From positions 512,001 through 576,000 of the forward strand of contig CAWCUS010000006.1 of the NCBI GenBank assembly GCA_963798845.1: a DNA stretch of 64,000 bases. The letters run 5' to 3'. Below are positions 41,343 to 52,593 of this stretch, piece after piece (within the stretch, counting starts at the first letter, position 1; each line of letters begins with the position of its first letter). The position numbers and the translations under genes were made by a program. Below the pieces are notes generated by a model, which saw only the letters and a program-made list of their open reading frames with translations, did not search any database and was not told the origin of the DNA. This DNA comes from an uncultured Gemmatimonadales bacterium. GTDB lineage: Bacteria; Gemmatimonadota; Gemmatimonadetes; Longimicrobiales; RSA9.

Positions 41343-42303
41343 GGCGCGCCTCCTGCCTCGCCGCTCTCGGCGCGTCGCCCCCGACCGCGCCGAGGAAGAT
41401 CTCGTGCAGCGATGGCTCCACGTGCTCGAAGCGCTCCACGGGGAAGCCGGTGGCCACCACGGCCTCCAGGAGGTCGCGCCCTGTGCGGCCCGGACGGAGC
41501 TCCACCTCCCACGCCCTCCCCCGCGGCTCGGCCGCGGCGACGGGCTCGAGGCCACGCAGCGCCCCGTCGCCCGCGCCGTTCTCGAACGCGAGGCGGAAGC
41601 GGGCAGTGCGGTGGCGCCGCCGGAGCTCGGGGACCGTCCCTTCCAGGACTTTCCGGCCGCGCGCGATGAGGGTGACCTCCTCGCACAGCTCTTCCGCCTG
41701 GGCCATGTTGTGCGTGCTGAGCACCACGGTCCTGCCCGCGTCGCGGGCGGAGCGGATGGTGTCGGCCAGCACCTCCTGGTTCACCGGATCGAGGCCGGAC
41801 TGCGGCTCGTCCAGGATGAGGAGCGGCGGCTCGTGCAGGACGGTGGTGATGAACTGGACCTTCTGCTGCATCCCCTTCGACAGCGCCTCGACCCGCTCGT
41901 CCGCCCACTCGTCCAGCCCCAGCCGGGCCAGCCACTCCCGCCCCCGCGCGGCCGCCTCCGCGCGCGACAGCCCCTTGAGCCGGGCGAAGAAGACGATGAC
42001 GTCGAGCACCTTCATCCGCCTGTAGAGCCCACGCTCCTCCGGCAGGTATCCCACCTCCCGGAGGACGGCGCGGTCCCGCTCCGGGTCGCGGCCCAGCACC
42101 TCGATGCGGCCGCCGTCCCGCAGCAGGATGTTCATGATCATGCGCAGGGTGGTGGACTTCCCGGCCCCGTTCGGGCCCAGCAGGCCGTGGATCGAGCCGG
42201 TGCGGATGGCCAGGCTGAGGCCGTCCACCGCGGTGTGCCCCGAGAAGTGCTTGGATACGTCGTCGAGCAGGAGCGCCGGGGCGTCGGTACGCGTGTCGGT
42301 CAA
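41335..42303 (-). CDS. ABC exporter ATP-binding subunit (NatA/YhaQ-like)
   Basis: GPNGAGKST, GYLPEERGLY, LSKGMQQK, ILDEP and STH; probable TTG start overlapping the upstream TGA. Confidence 0.92.
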   Translation of the reverse strand: MTDTRTDAPALLLDDVSKHFSGHTAVDGLSLAIRTGSIHGLLGPNGAGKSTTLRMIMNILLRDGGRIEVLGRDPERDRAVLREVGYLPEERGLYRRMKVLDVIVFFARLKGLSRAEAAARGREWLARLGLDEWADERVEALSKGMQQKVQFITTVLHEPPLLILDEPQSGLDPVNQEVLADTIRSARDAGRTVVLSTHNMAQAEELCEEVTLIARGRKVLEGTVPELRRRHRTARFRLAFENGAGDGALRGLEPVAAAEPRGRAWEVELRPGRTGRDLLEAVVATGFPVERFEHVEPSLHEIFLGAVGGDAPRAARQEARHD

Positions 42304-42641
42304 ACCAGGATGATGGCGGCGAGGAAGGAGACGACCAGGGCGAACCCGGCGAGCCAGCGGCGGAGCAGGGCGGAGCGGAGCAGGCGCTCGCCCGTCTCGC
42401 TCTCCACCAGCGAGACGAACACCCCCGTCAGCGTCGCGGCGAAGAACACGCCCACGGTCAGGTAGACCGTGTAGGCGATGCGGGGGAGGAGGACGGCCGA
42501 CGCCACGATCAGCGCCACGGAGATCCCGGCCGCCCACAGCGCCTCGCGCAGCAGCGGGCGCGCCTGCTCCGAGCGCACCACCTCCAGGATGCGGCCGAAT
42601 TCCAGGCCGCGCTCCTGTGGCTCGGTACCGGGAGTGCTCAT
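42300..42641 (-). CDS. Small 3-TM membrane protein
   Basis: Hydrophobic segments; translationally coupled to the ABC ATPase. Confidence 0.6.
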   Translation of the reverse strand: MSTPGTEPQERGLEFGRILEVVRSEQARPLLREALWAAGISVALIVASAVLLPRIAYTVYLTVGVFFAATLTGVFVSLVESETGERLLRSALLRRWLAGFALVVSFLAAIILV

Positions 42642-42651
42642 GCGCCGGAAG

Positions 42652-44340
42652 CTAGCGCGGCCCGACGCCCGAGCCAAGGGCGCCCACGGGGGCGTTCCCG
42701 GCGGCGGGGCGGCTGCGGCGGGCGCGCGACCCGCGCCGGAACCCCACCAGGATCCCGTCGACGACGGCCGCGGCCAGGTCCACCACGCGCAGCACGAGCC
42801 AGACCGACCCGGCCACGACCAGGTACAACACCGTGGCGGCCGCCGTGACCGATTCCGGCAGCCTCACCGATGCCGTGCCCGCGACCAGGATGAAGAGCGT
42901 GAGCGTCGCGCCCGCGGTCACCTCGCTGCCGTGGAAATACGGCGCCGCGGCCGTGAGCGGGGCGAGCGCCGCGCCCGCGCAGGCGGCGGCGAAGGCCCAG
43001 ACCAGGACCATGGCCGCGCGCACCACCGGCTCCTCCGCGCTGAGCGTGCGGGCGAGCGTCCAGCGCATGACCAGCCCCCCGAGCCCCAGGAGCCCGACGG
43101 CCCCGATCAGCGCGGCGATGACCGACACCGGCAGGCCCGCCGGGATCCCCGTGTCCACGGCCGTCAGCCCGACGAGCAGCGCCACGCTCGTGGCGACGCC
43201 CCACGCGCCCAGCGCCGCCAGGTCCCGCAGCACGTACGCCGGCGTGTCCGGGCCCGCCCGCCCATCGCCCGGCACGTCGTGGTTCTCCTCCACCTCCACC
43301 GCGAGGCGGCGCAGCACCCGCACCGCCCGCTCCACGGACGCTTCCTCCCCCGGGTGCAGCAGGAGCCGGCCCGCGCCCGCCATCGCCAGCGCCGACAGCT
43401 CCGCCTCCACCAGCGCCAGCGAGCTCTCCATCCGGCTCAGCACCGCCGGCAGGTCGTTCGCCGCCCGGAACTGCGCCGTCGCCACCCGCGCCGCAGCCCG
43501 GCGCTCCCGCCCCAGCACCCAGCCGTGCAGCCGGTCGATCGCCGCGTGCGCCAGAACCGCCGTCAGCGGCGGGACGAGCGCGGCCGCGACCCCGACCAGC
43601 CCGACCAGCGCGTAGCCGCCCCACCAGTCGAAGGCCACCACGTCCCGCGCGTCCAGCGCCGCCACCACGCCTGCGCCCTCCAGCGCCCCCAGCCCGAGGA
43701 CCACCAGCGCCGCCAGCACCAGCAGGATCCGCCCGCCGATCTGGCGCACCGCCAGCAGCGCGTAGTTCCCCAGACCCAGCAGCAGCGCCGCCGCCGCCAG
43801 CCCGACCGGCACCACCGGACCCGCCGGAACCGTGAACGGGACCCACTCCGCCTGCCCCGCCACCGGCGCCACGTACGTGAGCAGCACCCACGCGTTCCCC
43901 GCCGCCAGCGCCAGCGCCGCCACGACCAGCAGCACCCCCACCACCAGGCCGGCCGGCGTCAGCACCGCGTTCCCGGGACGGCGCGAAGCGTCGGAGCGCA
44001 GCGCCCGCGCTTCCACCACCTGCCGCACCCGCTCCACGCCCTGCGCCAGCTCCCGCTGCGCCTTCTCGAAGTCACGGCCCGCGCGGTGCGCCCCCTCCAG
44101 GCGCTGCGCCACCCGCCGCAGCTGCTCCGCCACCGACCGCCGCCCCGGCCGCTCCGACGCCATCCGGATCCCCCGGCCCAGCCGCCAGAGCGCCGGGTCC
44201 AGCACCCGCCTGCGCAGCTTGCGAACCCGGCGGACGAGGCGGAGGCGGCCCCGCCGGGTGTTCCCTCTGCCCAGGAACACGACGAGGCCCACCACGACGG
44301 CCGCGACGATCACGACCACGGCGATCAGGGGCAGCACCAT
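42652..44340 (-). CDS. Hypothetical polytopic membrane protein with helical linkers
   Basis: 562-aa ORF with two clusters of TM segments separated by amphipathic helices; GC3-rich frame. Confidence 0.6.
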   Translation of the reverse strand: MVLPLIAVVVIVAAVVVGLVVFLGRGNTRRGRLRLVRRVRKLRRRVLDPALWRLGRGIRMASERPGRRSVAEQLRRVAQRLEGAHRAGRDFEKAQRELAQGVERVRQVVEARALRSDASRRPGNAVLTPAGLVVGVLLVVAALALAAGNAWVLLTYVAPVAGQAEWVPFTVPAGPVVPVGLAAAALLLGLGNYALLAVRQIGGRILLVLAALVVLGLGALEGAGVVAALDARDVVAFDWWGGYALVGLVGVAAALVPPLTAVLAHAAIDRLHGWVLGRERRAAARVATAQFRAANDLPAVLSRMESSLALVEAELSALAMAGAGRLLLHPGEEASVERAVRVLRRLAVEVEENHDVPGDGRAGPDTPAYVLRDLAALGAWGVATSVALLVGLTAVDTGIPAGLPVSVIAALIGAVGLLGLGGLVMRWTLARTLSAEEPVVRAAMVLVWAFAAACAGAALAPLTAAAPYFHGSEVTAGATLTLFILVAGTASVRLPESVTAAATVLYLVVAGSVWLVLRVVDLAAAVVDGILVGFRRGSRARRSRPAAGNAPVGALGSGVGPR

Positions 44341-44736
44341 GCTGGACTCCAGCGATTTCAGTTGTGGCAGGGGCGCCTGTCCGGCACCCTAATGATTGGC
44401 TACTTGCGGTGTCCGCGCAACGGGTTGTCGGCCTCCGCGACGCGGCCTGCCCTGATATGGGAATCGTTGTCCGGCGATGACTGAAATCTCGGTGCCACCC
44501 TCCTGGCCCGTGCGGTTAGGCCTGGAGCGGTCACGAAAAGGGGACTTCCTGTTGCGAGTCAGGACAGAGTTTGGTGTGCGATAGGACATTAGGCCTTCCT
44601 CCGCGACGATGCCGTGGGACTCTCAGTGCCCGCCCCGGCAGCGGATTCCTGCCCGTTTGGATGCACATCAGCGACGCGGCACGACGGGTGCCCTCCATCT
44701 CACCTCTGCGGTTATCAATACGCATCCCACCAGTCA

Positions 44737-46195
44737 ATGGACACGAGCCAAGACAGCGTCGCGGTCATTGGTGCCGGGCCCGCCGGTCTCACGGCGGCAT
44801 ATCAACTCGCCAAGCGTGGAATCAGAGTCACCGTGTTGGAGGCCGATGACCAGGTCGGCGGCATCTCCGCACGGTGGTTCGCGATGGCTACCGCTTCGAC
44901 ATTGGAGGGCACCGGTTTTTCACCAAGATCCCGGAGGTCGAGGCGCTCTGGCACGAGTGGCTTGGCGAGGAGATGATCCGGGTGCCTCGCCTGTCGCGTA
45001 TCTACTATCGTAAGCGGTTTTTCGACTACCCACTCAAGGCCGGCAACGCACTGCGAGGACTGGGCCTCTTCCGCGCCTGGCAGATGGTGCTGTCGTATGC
45101 CTGGGCCCGCCTGTTCCCCGCGAAAGAGGAGGACAATTTCGAGCAGTGGGTCACCAACCGTTTTGGCCGTTCGCTGTACGTGACGTTCTTCAAGACGTAC
45201 ACAGAGAAGGTGTGGGGGATGCCGTGCACGGAGATCCGGGCAGAATGGGCCGCGCAGCGGATCCAGAACCTGTCGCTGGGCACGGCCATTCTGGAACGCC
45301 TTGCCAGTGCAGCGCAGGTCCGACGCTATCAAGAGCCTCATTGAGGAATTTCAGTACCCCCGGCTGGGGCCGGGCCAGATGTGGGAAGTGGCTGCCCACC
45401 GCGTGGAGGAGCTTGGCGGACGAGGTCCTGCTGGGGCACAGGGTTGTGCGCTTCGAGGGCAAGGGAAACAGGGTAACGGCTGTTGCATGGCAATCGGGCC
45501 GGACGGACCCATTACTTTCAAACTCCGACCACGTGATCTCGACGATGCCAATTACGGGCGCTCGTGACAGCCTTCGGCAACACTGCTCCCACCGAGGCGC
45601 AAACCGCCGCACGCGGTCTGGCGCTACCGGGACTTTCTGGTTGTGGCTCTCGTCCTCGACGACGAGCCACTGTTCCCCGATAACTGGGTGTACGTCCATT
45701 CACCCGAGGTTCGGGTGGGGCGGATCCAGAACTTCAACAACTGGAGCCGCGCAATGGTGCCAGAAAAAGGGACGCACCTGCTTGGGTATGGAGTATTTCT
45801 GCTTCGAAGGCGACGGCCTGTGGGAGAGCGACGATCCGGCCCTGATTGACCAGGCCACACGTGAGCTGCAGTGGCTTGGGCTGGACGGCGGCGCTCGCGT
45901 CGTACGCGGGTACGTGGTCCGCATGCCGAAGGCCTATCCCGTTTACGACGAGGCGTACGCGCAGCACGTGGCTGCCGTTGCCGATTTCATTAAAGGTTTC
46001 GCAAACCTCCAGGTAGCGGGCCGGAACGGGATGCACAAGTACAACAACCAAGACCACTCGATGCTCACCGCAATGCTCGCTGTTGAAAACATATTCGGCG
46101 CGCGGCACGACGCCTGGCAAGTGAACAGTGACCTGGAATACCACGAAGAGATGCGAAGGAAGGGGCAAGCGGTTGTTGGTGCACCCAACACATGA
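44737..46195 (+). CDS. FAD-dependent oxidoreductase of glycan loci (protoporphyrinogen oxidase/UDP-galactopyranose mutase-like); at least 4 frameshifts
   Basis: [47 protein letters not shown] and [15 protein letters not shown], spread over successive frames. Confidence 0.82.
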
Positions 46196-46337
46196 ACGCC
46201 GGTATTCTCACCACAGACCCATCCGACGTTCGAGATGTGCGTCACTCCCGGCGGAGAGCGTTGCACAAGCTCCGACCGCGAGGGCCGGAGGCTGACATGT
46301 TACCTCAATGCGTCTCAGTTCCGTGTCCTAGGAGGCG

Positions 46338-48008
46338 GTGCGACAAGGGGGATCGATGAAGTGGGCCGAAAGGGACGCTCAAACTGTCGATCACCACGCA
46401 AGAAGAGCCTTAATGATGGAATGGCCTTTCTATCCTTTGGCGCTTGCACTTTATCCCCCGGCGCTCGCACTGAATACTCGGGTCGAACTTCCGCTCGGTG
46501 GCTTTGAATATTTGGCGGTCACTGGGTTCTGCGTTCTCGCGGCGGCAACAGGCGTCGTCCTTGGAAGGATCACGACAACGGCCAAGTGGGCGCCGGGCCT
46601 CATAGGGCTGCTCTTTGTGGCGGGCTTTTATGGAGCAGGGCCGATGGCAAAGGCGATGCGCGGGGATGGAGTAGGCCATGCCCATTCTCATCGTTGCGGC
46701 CGGCTGGGTGGCTGTTGTGGCAGCTGGCATTTGGTTGGGGCGGCGGGATACCGATCGGTTCAATGCCATTACATTTCCGCTAAATGCGTTCGCCATGACC
46801 ATATTGGTGCTCGGCGTCTACTCGGCCTTGAGGCCGCGCCTTGATCGAGCAGCCGGTCATCCCGGACATGGCCGCAGCTGCCCGATCTCACGCCGACGTA
46901 AGCTTCGCTGCGCATCCTGACATATACCTCCTCATCTTGGACAAATATTCCTCCCCAGATGATTTGAGGAAAAACTACGGTCTCAGCATGGACGCTTTCC
47001 TCGATTCGCTGAAGGACCTCGGGTTCCAGGTTCCTGAAAGCCAGCATACGAACTATATTCATACCAATCTCTCGCTTGCATCTCTGCTGAACTGGACGCT
47101 CCTCGGGGACGTGAGCAGTCGCGCCTCCAATATCCGGGCAGCCCAGGCGCTGGTCCAACACAACAAGACCATCCCGTTTCTCCAAGCTCGCGGGTACAGA
47201 GCGGTATTCCTGCCTACCACCTTCGCCACAACTCAGGTCATGGCAGGCACAGAAACACCTAAAACCTTCGAATATGCAAAAGGTTATGGAGGCATGTCGG
47301 TCGCGGACGTAGCCCTGATCTTCACCCCTCTTGCACGGGTTTGGGACAAAGCTTGCTCTTTGATCGGCTGTCGACGCGGGAAGTACCCATACCCCGTGGA
47401 AAAACTGGAATCGTGGACAAAGAAGCTGGAATGGTTGCAATCGGCCGGCACCCGTTATGAAGAGCCATTGTTTGTATTCGCTCATTTCTTGCTTCCACAT
47501 GAGCCGTATCTATTCGCGAGGGACTGCCGCGCGTTGCCGGAACCCGTTTGGCCCCGCGGGGATTACGGGTCCAACTGGAACGTCGTTGGAGACCTGTACA
47601 CCCAACAGATAACATGCTTCGACCGACTCTTGCTCCGTACGGTCAGAGCCTTGATCGATCAGCCTGGGCCCCGACCGGTGATACTGCTACAGGCAGACCA
47701 CGGTCACGGGAGATTGGCCGTAGATCCGTTCTTCGGAGTCTATTGAACCGGAAAGGGCCACCGAACGGCAGGTACAGGAGCGAGCGCGGACTTTCGCCGC
47801 ATACTATTTGCCACCAGCCCGGTTGGCAACAAATCGGGCACCGTATGAAGGAATGACCCCCGTCAATCTCCTTCCCGCCGTGTTCAATCGTTACTTCGGG
47901 ACAAAGATTCCCTTGTCACCAGACAGCACTTATTGGTCGGATTTCCGCAGTCCGTTTGAGTTTACGCACGTCGACTTCCAGGATCGCCATGGGCAACAGG
48001 CCAAATAG
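46338..48008 (+). CDS. Membrane-anchored sulfatase/alkaline-phosphatase-superfamily protein; frameshifted
   Basis: N-terminal TM segments, PDIYLLILDKY, HFLLPHEPY, LQADHG and final TPVNLLPAVFNRYFG across several frames. Confidence 0.72.
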
Positions 48009-48054
48009 CAGGTCCGACCCAGAGTCCCACCTCGAGCGTGGTCCCGCTCCTCCG

Positions 48055-49452
48055 ATGGGTGACAATCCCAGATCCATGGAAGAGCCTCGACGGTCGGGTT
48101 CATCTTTCCGGGACCCCAGCGGCTTCGTCTATTCACGCGGAGGAGTGATTTACCGCCAGGTTCACGGAATCTATGAAGAGCATTATCGCGCCCTGATGGA
48201 TTCGGGTCTCTATGAGGAACTGTCTGAGTCAGGGAAGCTGACGAGACATACCGAAATGCCTCTGGCATTTGCCTTCACAAATGCGGCCTGCCGCGTCCTG
48301 AAGCCGGAAACCGTACCTTTCGTCTCTTATCCATACGAATGGTCATTCAGTCAACTACAGGACGCGGCCCTCCTCACCCTTGACATCCAACTTCGTGCCC
48401 TTGGTCGCGGTATGTGCTTAAAGGACGCGGCTGCATACAATGTCCAGTTCGTAAACGCCAAGCCGGTGTTCATAGACACATTATCATTCGAGCGATACCG
48501 CGACGGCGAACCTTGGATCGCGTACCGGCAGTTCTGCCAGCATTTTCTTGCGCCGCTGCTCATGATGGACCGTTTGAACACCGGTGTTGGCAGGTTGCTA
48601 GGCACGTACCTCGACGGCATTCCACTTGATCTCGCGAGCGATCTGTTGCGGCGCCGGACCTGGTTGTCGCCCTCGATCCTGGTTCATGTCCATTTGCATG
48701 CTCGCAGCATTGCCCGATACGGGGGCAGGCACGTCCCCGAGCGAGCTGCTTCTCGGGGCGTAACCCTTTCAGGGCTAAAAGCCATACTGGCCGACCTGGA
48801 GCGTTGCGTCGGCCGTCTGTCGTGGTCCGGGCGGAGCGAATGGGCGCAATACACGGTTGAACATGGATACGAGGCGGCTGCGTTTGAAGAAAAGGCGAGA
48901 ATCGTCGGTGAGATGCTGCGAACCGTTTCGCCCAGTTCGGTTTGGGATCTCGGGGCGAATACCGGCCTCTTCAGCCGCTATGCCGCCGACATAGGTGCCC
49001 AGGTGGTCGCCATAGACGCGGACCACGGGGCAGTTGACCGCCACTACGTCACCGCCCGCGATGAGGGGATCGAGCGAGTTCTGCCAATTTGGGTTGACGT
49101 GTCGAACCCGAGTCCTTCCCTGGGCTGGAATCATTCCGAGCGGCTATCTCTTGAGCAACGGGGACCCGCTGATCTCATCTCGGCCCTTGCGCTTGTTCAT
49201 CACCTCGCCATTTCCAACAATCTCCCGCTCACGCACATTTCAGAATGGATGGCGAATATAGGACGTTGGGCGGTAGTCGAGTTCGTTCCGAAGATGACCC
49301 CCAGGCCGCGCGACTTTTGCTCACACGAAAGGACATTTTCGAAGATTATCATGAGCAAGCCTTCGATGCGGCAATGAAGAGGCATTTCACAATCGTCCGC
49401 AAAACAACCCTTCCATCAAGCCGGCGAGTTCTATATCTCTTGCGGGAGATGA
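48055..49452 (+). CDS. NoeA-like kinase-like + SAM methyltransferase protein (frameshift about 49290; end approximate)
   Basis: SFRDPSG, SYPYEW, LKDA.AYN, FIDTLSF, WDLGANTG and LALVHHL; tail DDPQ..RLL..RKDIF in the next frame. Confidence 0.8.
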
Positions 49453-49535
49453 ACGGCACAAGGACGGTCGCAGTTCGAGCGGAGCCCCGTAATGGTTGGC
49501 GCGCCGTTGACGTCCCATCCCATCGTGAGGTTTTC

Positions 49536-49796
49536 ATGACTAGTGTGAACGCAAGCCGCAGCACTCTGGCGCGGCGTGTTCTCGGGTTGACAATCGTCGC
49601 CGTCGGAGCAGTAGTGATGATTCCGGCGCCTGCAGCGGCGTATATTGATCCAGTTTCGGGCAGCGTGTTGATACAGGTGGTTTCGGCCGCTCTGTTCGCT
49701 GGATTACTCACCTTTAGGCGCTGGGCGCGCTGGATTGCCTCGCTATTCGACAGCCTGAAGCGCCGCCGGGTCCAAGGCACGGGCCGCAAGGGATAG
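49536..49796 (+). CDS. Small membrane protein with AYIDPxSGS motif
   Basis: GAGG RBS; signal-like segment PAPAAA|YIDPVSGS, a TM segment and a basic tail. Confidence 0.72.
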   Translation: MTSVNASRSTLARRVLGLTIVAVGAVVMIPAPAAAYIDPVSGSVLIQVVSAALFAGLLTFRRWARWIASLFDSLKRRRVQGTGRKG

Positions 49797-50110
49797 GGCG
49801 CCGCTCAGGTCTTGCGGCCATGGCCAGCCCGCTGCGCAGAGATAACTATGAACGAAGAAGGCCGAGGCGAGTCAAAGATTCGGCCAACTGCCGAGTTTCC
49901 GGATGCGCCCGCTGGCCGCCCTGAGGCGGACGGTGCCGATGTGCAATGCCGCACCCTTTGGGTGGAATCCGTGTGGCCTGGTTTGCGGTGGTCATTCTGG
50001 ATGCGCACTGCGGCGCTCATGACGCCCTTTGACCGTCGCCGCCTACCTAGCGAATGGCACAGTCGACATGAAATGGTGACGTGGAACACCAGGAGAGCAG
50101 GGGTCGCCAC

Positions 50111-51232
50111 ATGAACGCTCCCGGAGCCATATCCTCTCTCACCGTAAAGAGGGGGCTCACGGCTAGGCGCGTGCGGCCTGGTCGCTACGTCCGAATCCTC
50201 CTGCTTGTTATCGGCGCGGCAATGATCCCGCTGCAGGCGTGGTGGCTGGCCGACGGCATCCGGCGGCCGGGGCCGGACCACGTGGACTCGCCGCTCCTCT
50301 GGCATCAGGTGCAGAAAATCCAGCGTCACGTCGTGCCGCTATACCGGGAGATGCCCGGGTTCGGTCCGGACGTCGCGGGCGCCCCGCCCGCTCCCGGCTA
50401 CCCGGTGGACAACGCGGCATGGCTGCCGCCGCTGGCGTCTCTGGTGTCGCTGCTGCCCCCGAGTAGCCTGGTCACATTCCAGCGCGTCTGGTTCCTGGCG
50501 ATCAGCGTCGCCTTCTGGGGCTTCGCGGCCATGCTCGGGCGCCTGGCGTCGGGGAAGTGGACGGCGGAAGACTTCCTGATTTGGCACGGCGCGCTCGTGC
50601 TCGTGCCGGGAAGCCTTCTCTTCCTGATGACGTACAACGTCGACCCGCTCTTATGGTTGCTGTTCGGCGCGGCCGTGACATACCCGACCTTCCGGGGTGG
50701 AGGGCTGGTGCTGCAAACGGCCGTGAAGCCCTACGGGGTGTGGGCGTTGGCGGCGGCCGTGGCCAAGCAGGGCCGCCGGGTGCTGGTGCAGGGGCTGGCG
50801 GCGGGACTTGCCGCCGTTCTCGTGTGCGTCCTCGCCATGGGTCCGGTTCGTCTCGGGCAGGTGTGCGTGGAGTGGTTCCGGGTGATGCCGCCCGCGCTCG
50901 CGCAGGGCGGGTTCATCGGGACGAACTGGTCCCTCTCCTTCCTGCCGCTGCGCGTCGCGCGCTGGGCCGGTTGGTGGACGTATGTGGGGGGCCCACTTGG
51001 GCCGGCCTGGCGGCTCTGGCTGGCCGCCGCCTCGTTCGCCGGGCCGCTCGCGACGTGGTGGGTAACGCGCCGGTGGGAGGTGCGCCTGCACATCTCCGCG
51101 GTCATGATCGCAGCGTTGCTCTTATCCCCGCTGTGCTGGAAGGGATACCTGGCAGTGGCGCTGGTGCCCGCTGCCGTGCTGGTCCGACGGAGAGTCGAAG
51201 CGCGTTCCCGTGCCGGCGCGGCTGCGGGGTGA
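50111..51232 (+). CDS. GT87/DUF2029-like GT-C membrane glycosyltransferase
   Basis: Early loop Asp (HVD), WLPP, NVD, VKPY, NWSL and SPLCW; multi-TM. Confidence 0.7.
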   Translation: MNAPGAISSLTVKRGLTARRVRPGRYVRILLLVIGAAMIPLQAWWLADGIRRPGPDHVDSPLLWHQVQKIQRHVVPLYREMPGFGPDVAGAPPAPGYPVDNAAWLPPLASLVSLLPPSSLVTFQRVWFLAISVAFWGFAAMLGRLASGKWTAEDFLIWHGALVLVPGSLLFLMTYNVDPLLWLLFGAAVTYPTFRGGGLVLQTAVKPYGVWALAAAVAKQGRRVLVQGLAAGLAAVLVCVLAMGPVRLGQVCVEWFRVMPPALAQGGFIGTNWSLSFLPLRVARWAGWWTYVGGPLGPAWRLWLAAASFAGPLATWWVTRRWEVRLHISAVMIAALLLSPLCWKGYLAVALVPAAVLVRRRVEARSRAGAAAG

Positions 51233-51783
51233 GGACCGGGTTCGCGGAGTCGGGGCCAATGCCGCCTCGGGTGGTGGCGTTGCACCACCTGCCGCTGCTG
51301 GCGGCGATCGCGTGTTACGGGAGAGCGCCCTGCGGCCGAGCATTCGATCGCTTCAGATCGGCCTTTTCGCGGTCGTCACTTCGCTGGTAGCGCTGCTCGC
51401 GGGCGTTACGCGCCTGCGGCGTCCGCGGGCAAAAGTCATGTGTTGCTCACGGACGGGAGGCCGCAGGGTCCTGGAGAGACGCCGAGTAACCACTCTCCAA
51501 TCCGACGCTCCGCCGTCAAGCACCGAAATCCGCCTGCCCACGGCCGCGGGCGCGGGTTGATCACGCGGCTGGGTCAGGCGGGGGTGTCGCATGACGGAGC
51601 AACGAGGGTGGACGTGTGCGACAGCGCGCACCGGGCGCACGCTCGGCGAGCCGAATTCCCGCCCTTGTGCCGGGATTCCAGGGTGATCGACGGTCGGGCG
51701 CAGCTGTTGCCCCCTGAGGGCCACGTGTCAATGATGCATGGATCGCGCGCCACGTGATCGCACTCGTGAGGGGGAGCCAGGCC

Positions 51784-52593
51784 ATGGACAGCAGCACCTG
51801 GGTGGTGGTGCCCTGCTTCAACGAAGCCGCTCGGCTGGACGACGAAGCGTTTGCCGCCGTCATGGGTGCGCCCGGCAGCCCCACGTTCCTGTTCGTGGAC
51901 GACGGCAGCAGCGACGGCACGGGGGCTTTGCTGCACGGGCTGGCCGGCCGCTTCGCGCTGTGCCGTGTGGTGGCGCTGGCTCGGAACGCGGGGAAGGCGG
52001 AGGCGGTGCGGGCGGGCCTGAACACGGCCCTGGACGCCGGGGCGGCGCGGGTGGGGTACTGGGACGCGGACCTGGCGACGCCGCTGTCCGCCCTGCCCGT
52101 GTTCGACCGGATCCTGGACGAGGAGCCGGGACTGGACCTGGTGCTGGGGGCGCGCGTGCGGCTGCTGGGCCGTCGCATCGAGCGGTCCGCCGCGAGACAC
52201 TACCTGGGCCGCATCTATGCCACAATCGCTTCACTCGGGCTGGGCCTGCACGTCTACGACACGCAGTGCGGCGCCAAGCTCTTCCGCGCCTCGCCGGCGC
52301 TCGCCGGAGCCCTCGCCCGCCCGTTCCGTTCCCGCTGGGCCTTCGACGTCGAGCTCCTGGCCCGCCTCCAGGAGGCGTGGGGGCGCGACGGCGCGGCGCG
52401 CCTGCTGGAATTCCCGCTCCAGGAGTGGCATGACGTGGGCGAATCCAAGGTGTCCCTGGCCGGTGGCGCCGGGGCGTTCCTGTTCGTGTTCGGGCTTCTT
52501 CTGCGTCGCGCTCTCGGAATGCGCGCGCGCGGATACGCGGCGCCGCCCTCACAACAGGCGGAGCCGGTGGCACGTGCCGGGAGCGACCATTGA
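51784..52593 (+). CDS. GT2 dolichyl-phosphate beta-glucosyltransferase-like
   Basis: VVPCFNE, VDDGSSDGT, NAGKAEAVR, WDADLATP, DTQCGAKLF and FDVEL. Confidence 0.9.
   Translation: MDSSTWVVVPCFNEAARLDDEAFAAVMGAPGSPTFLFVDDGSSDGTGALLHGLAGRFALCRVVALARNAGKAEAVRAGLNTALDAGAARVGYWDADLATPLSALPVFDRILDEEPGLDLVLGARVRLLGRRIERSAARHYLGRIYATIASLGLGLHVYDTQCGAKLFRASPALAGALARPFRSRWAFDVELLARLQEAWGRDGAARLLEFPLQEWHDVGESKVSLAGGAGAFLFVFGLLLRRALGMRARGYAAPPSQQAEPVARAGSDH

Noticed and set aside
49245..49796. 183-aa ORF joining the NoeA-like tail to the YIDP protein
   Set aside because: The YIDP protein has its own RBS and ATG at 49536, and the join lies in an indel-rich stretch; probably two genes, though not certain.
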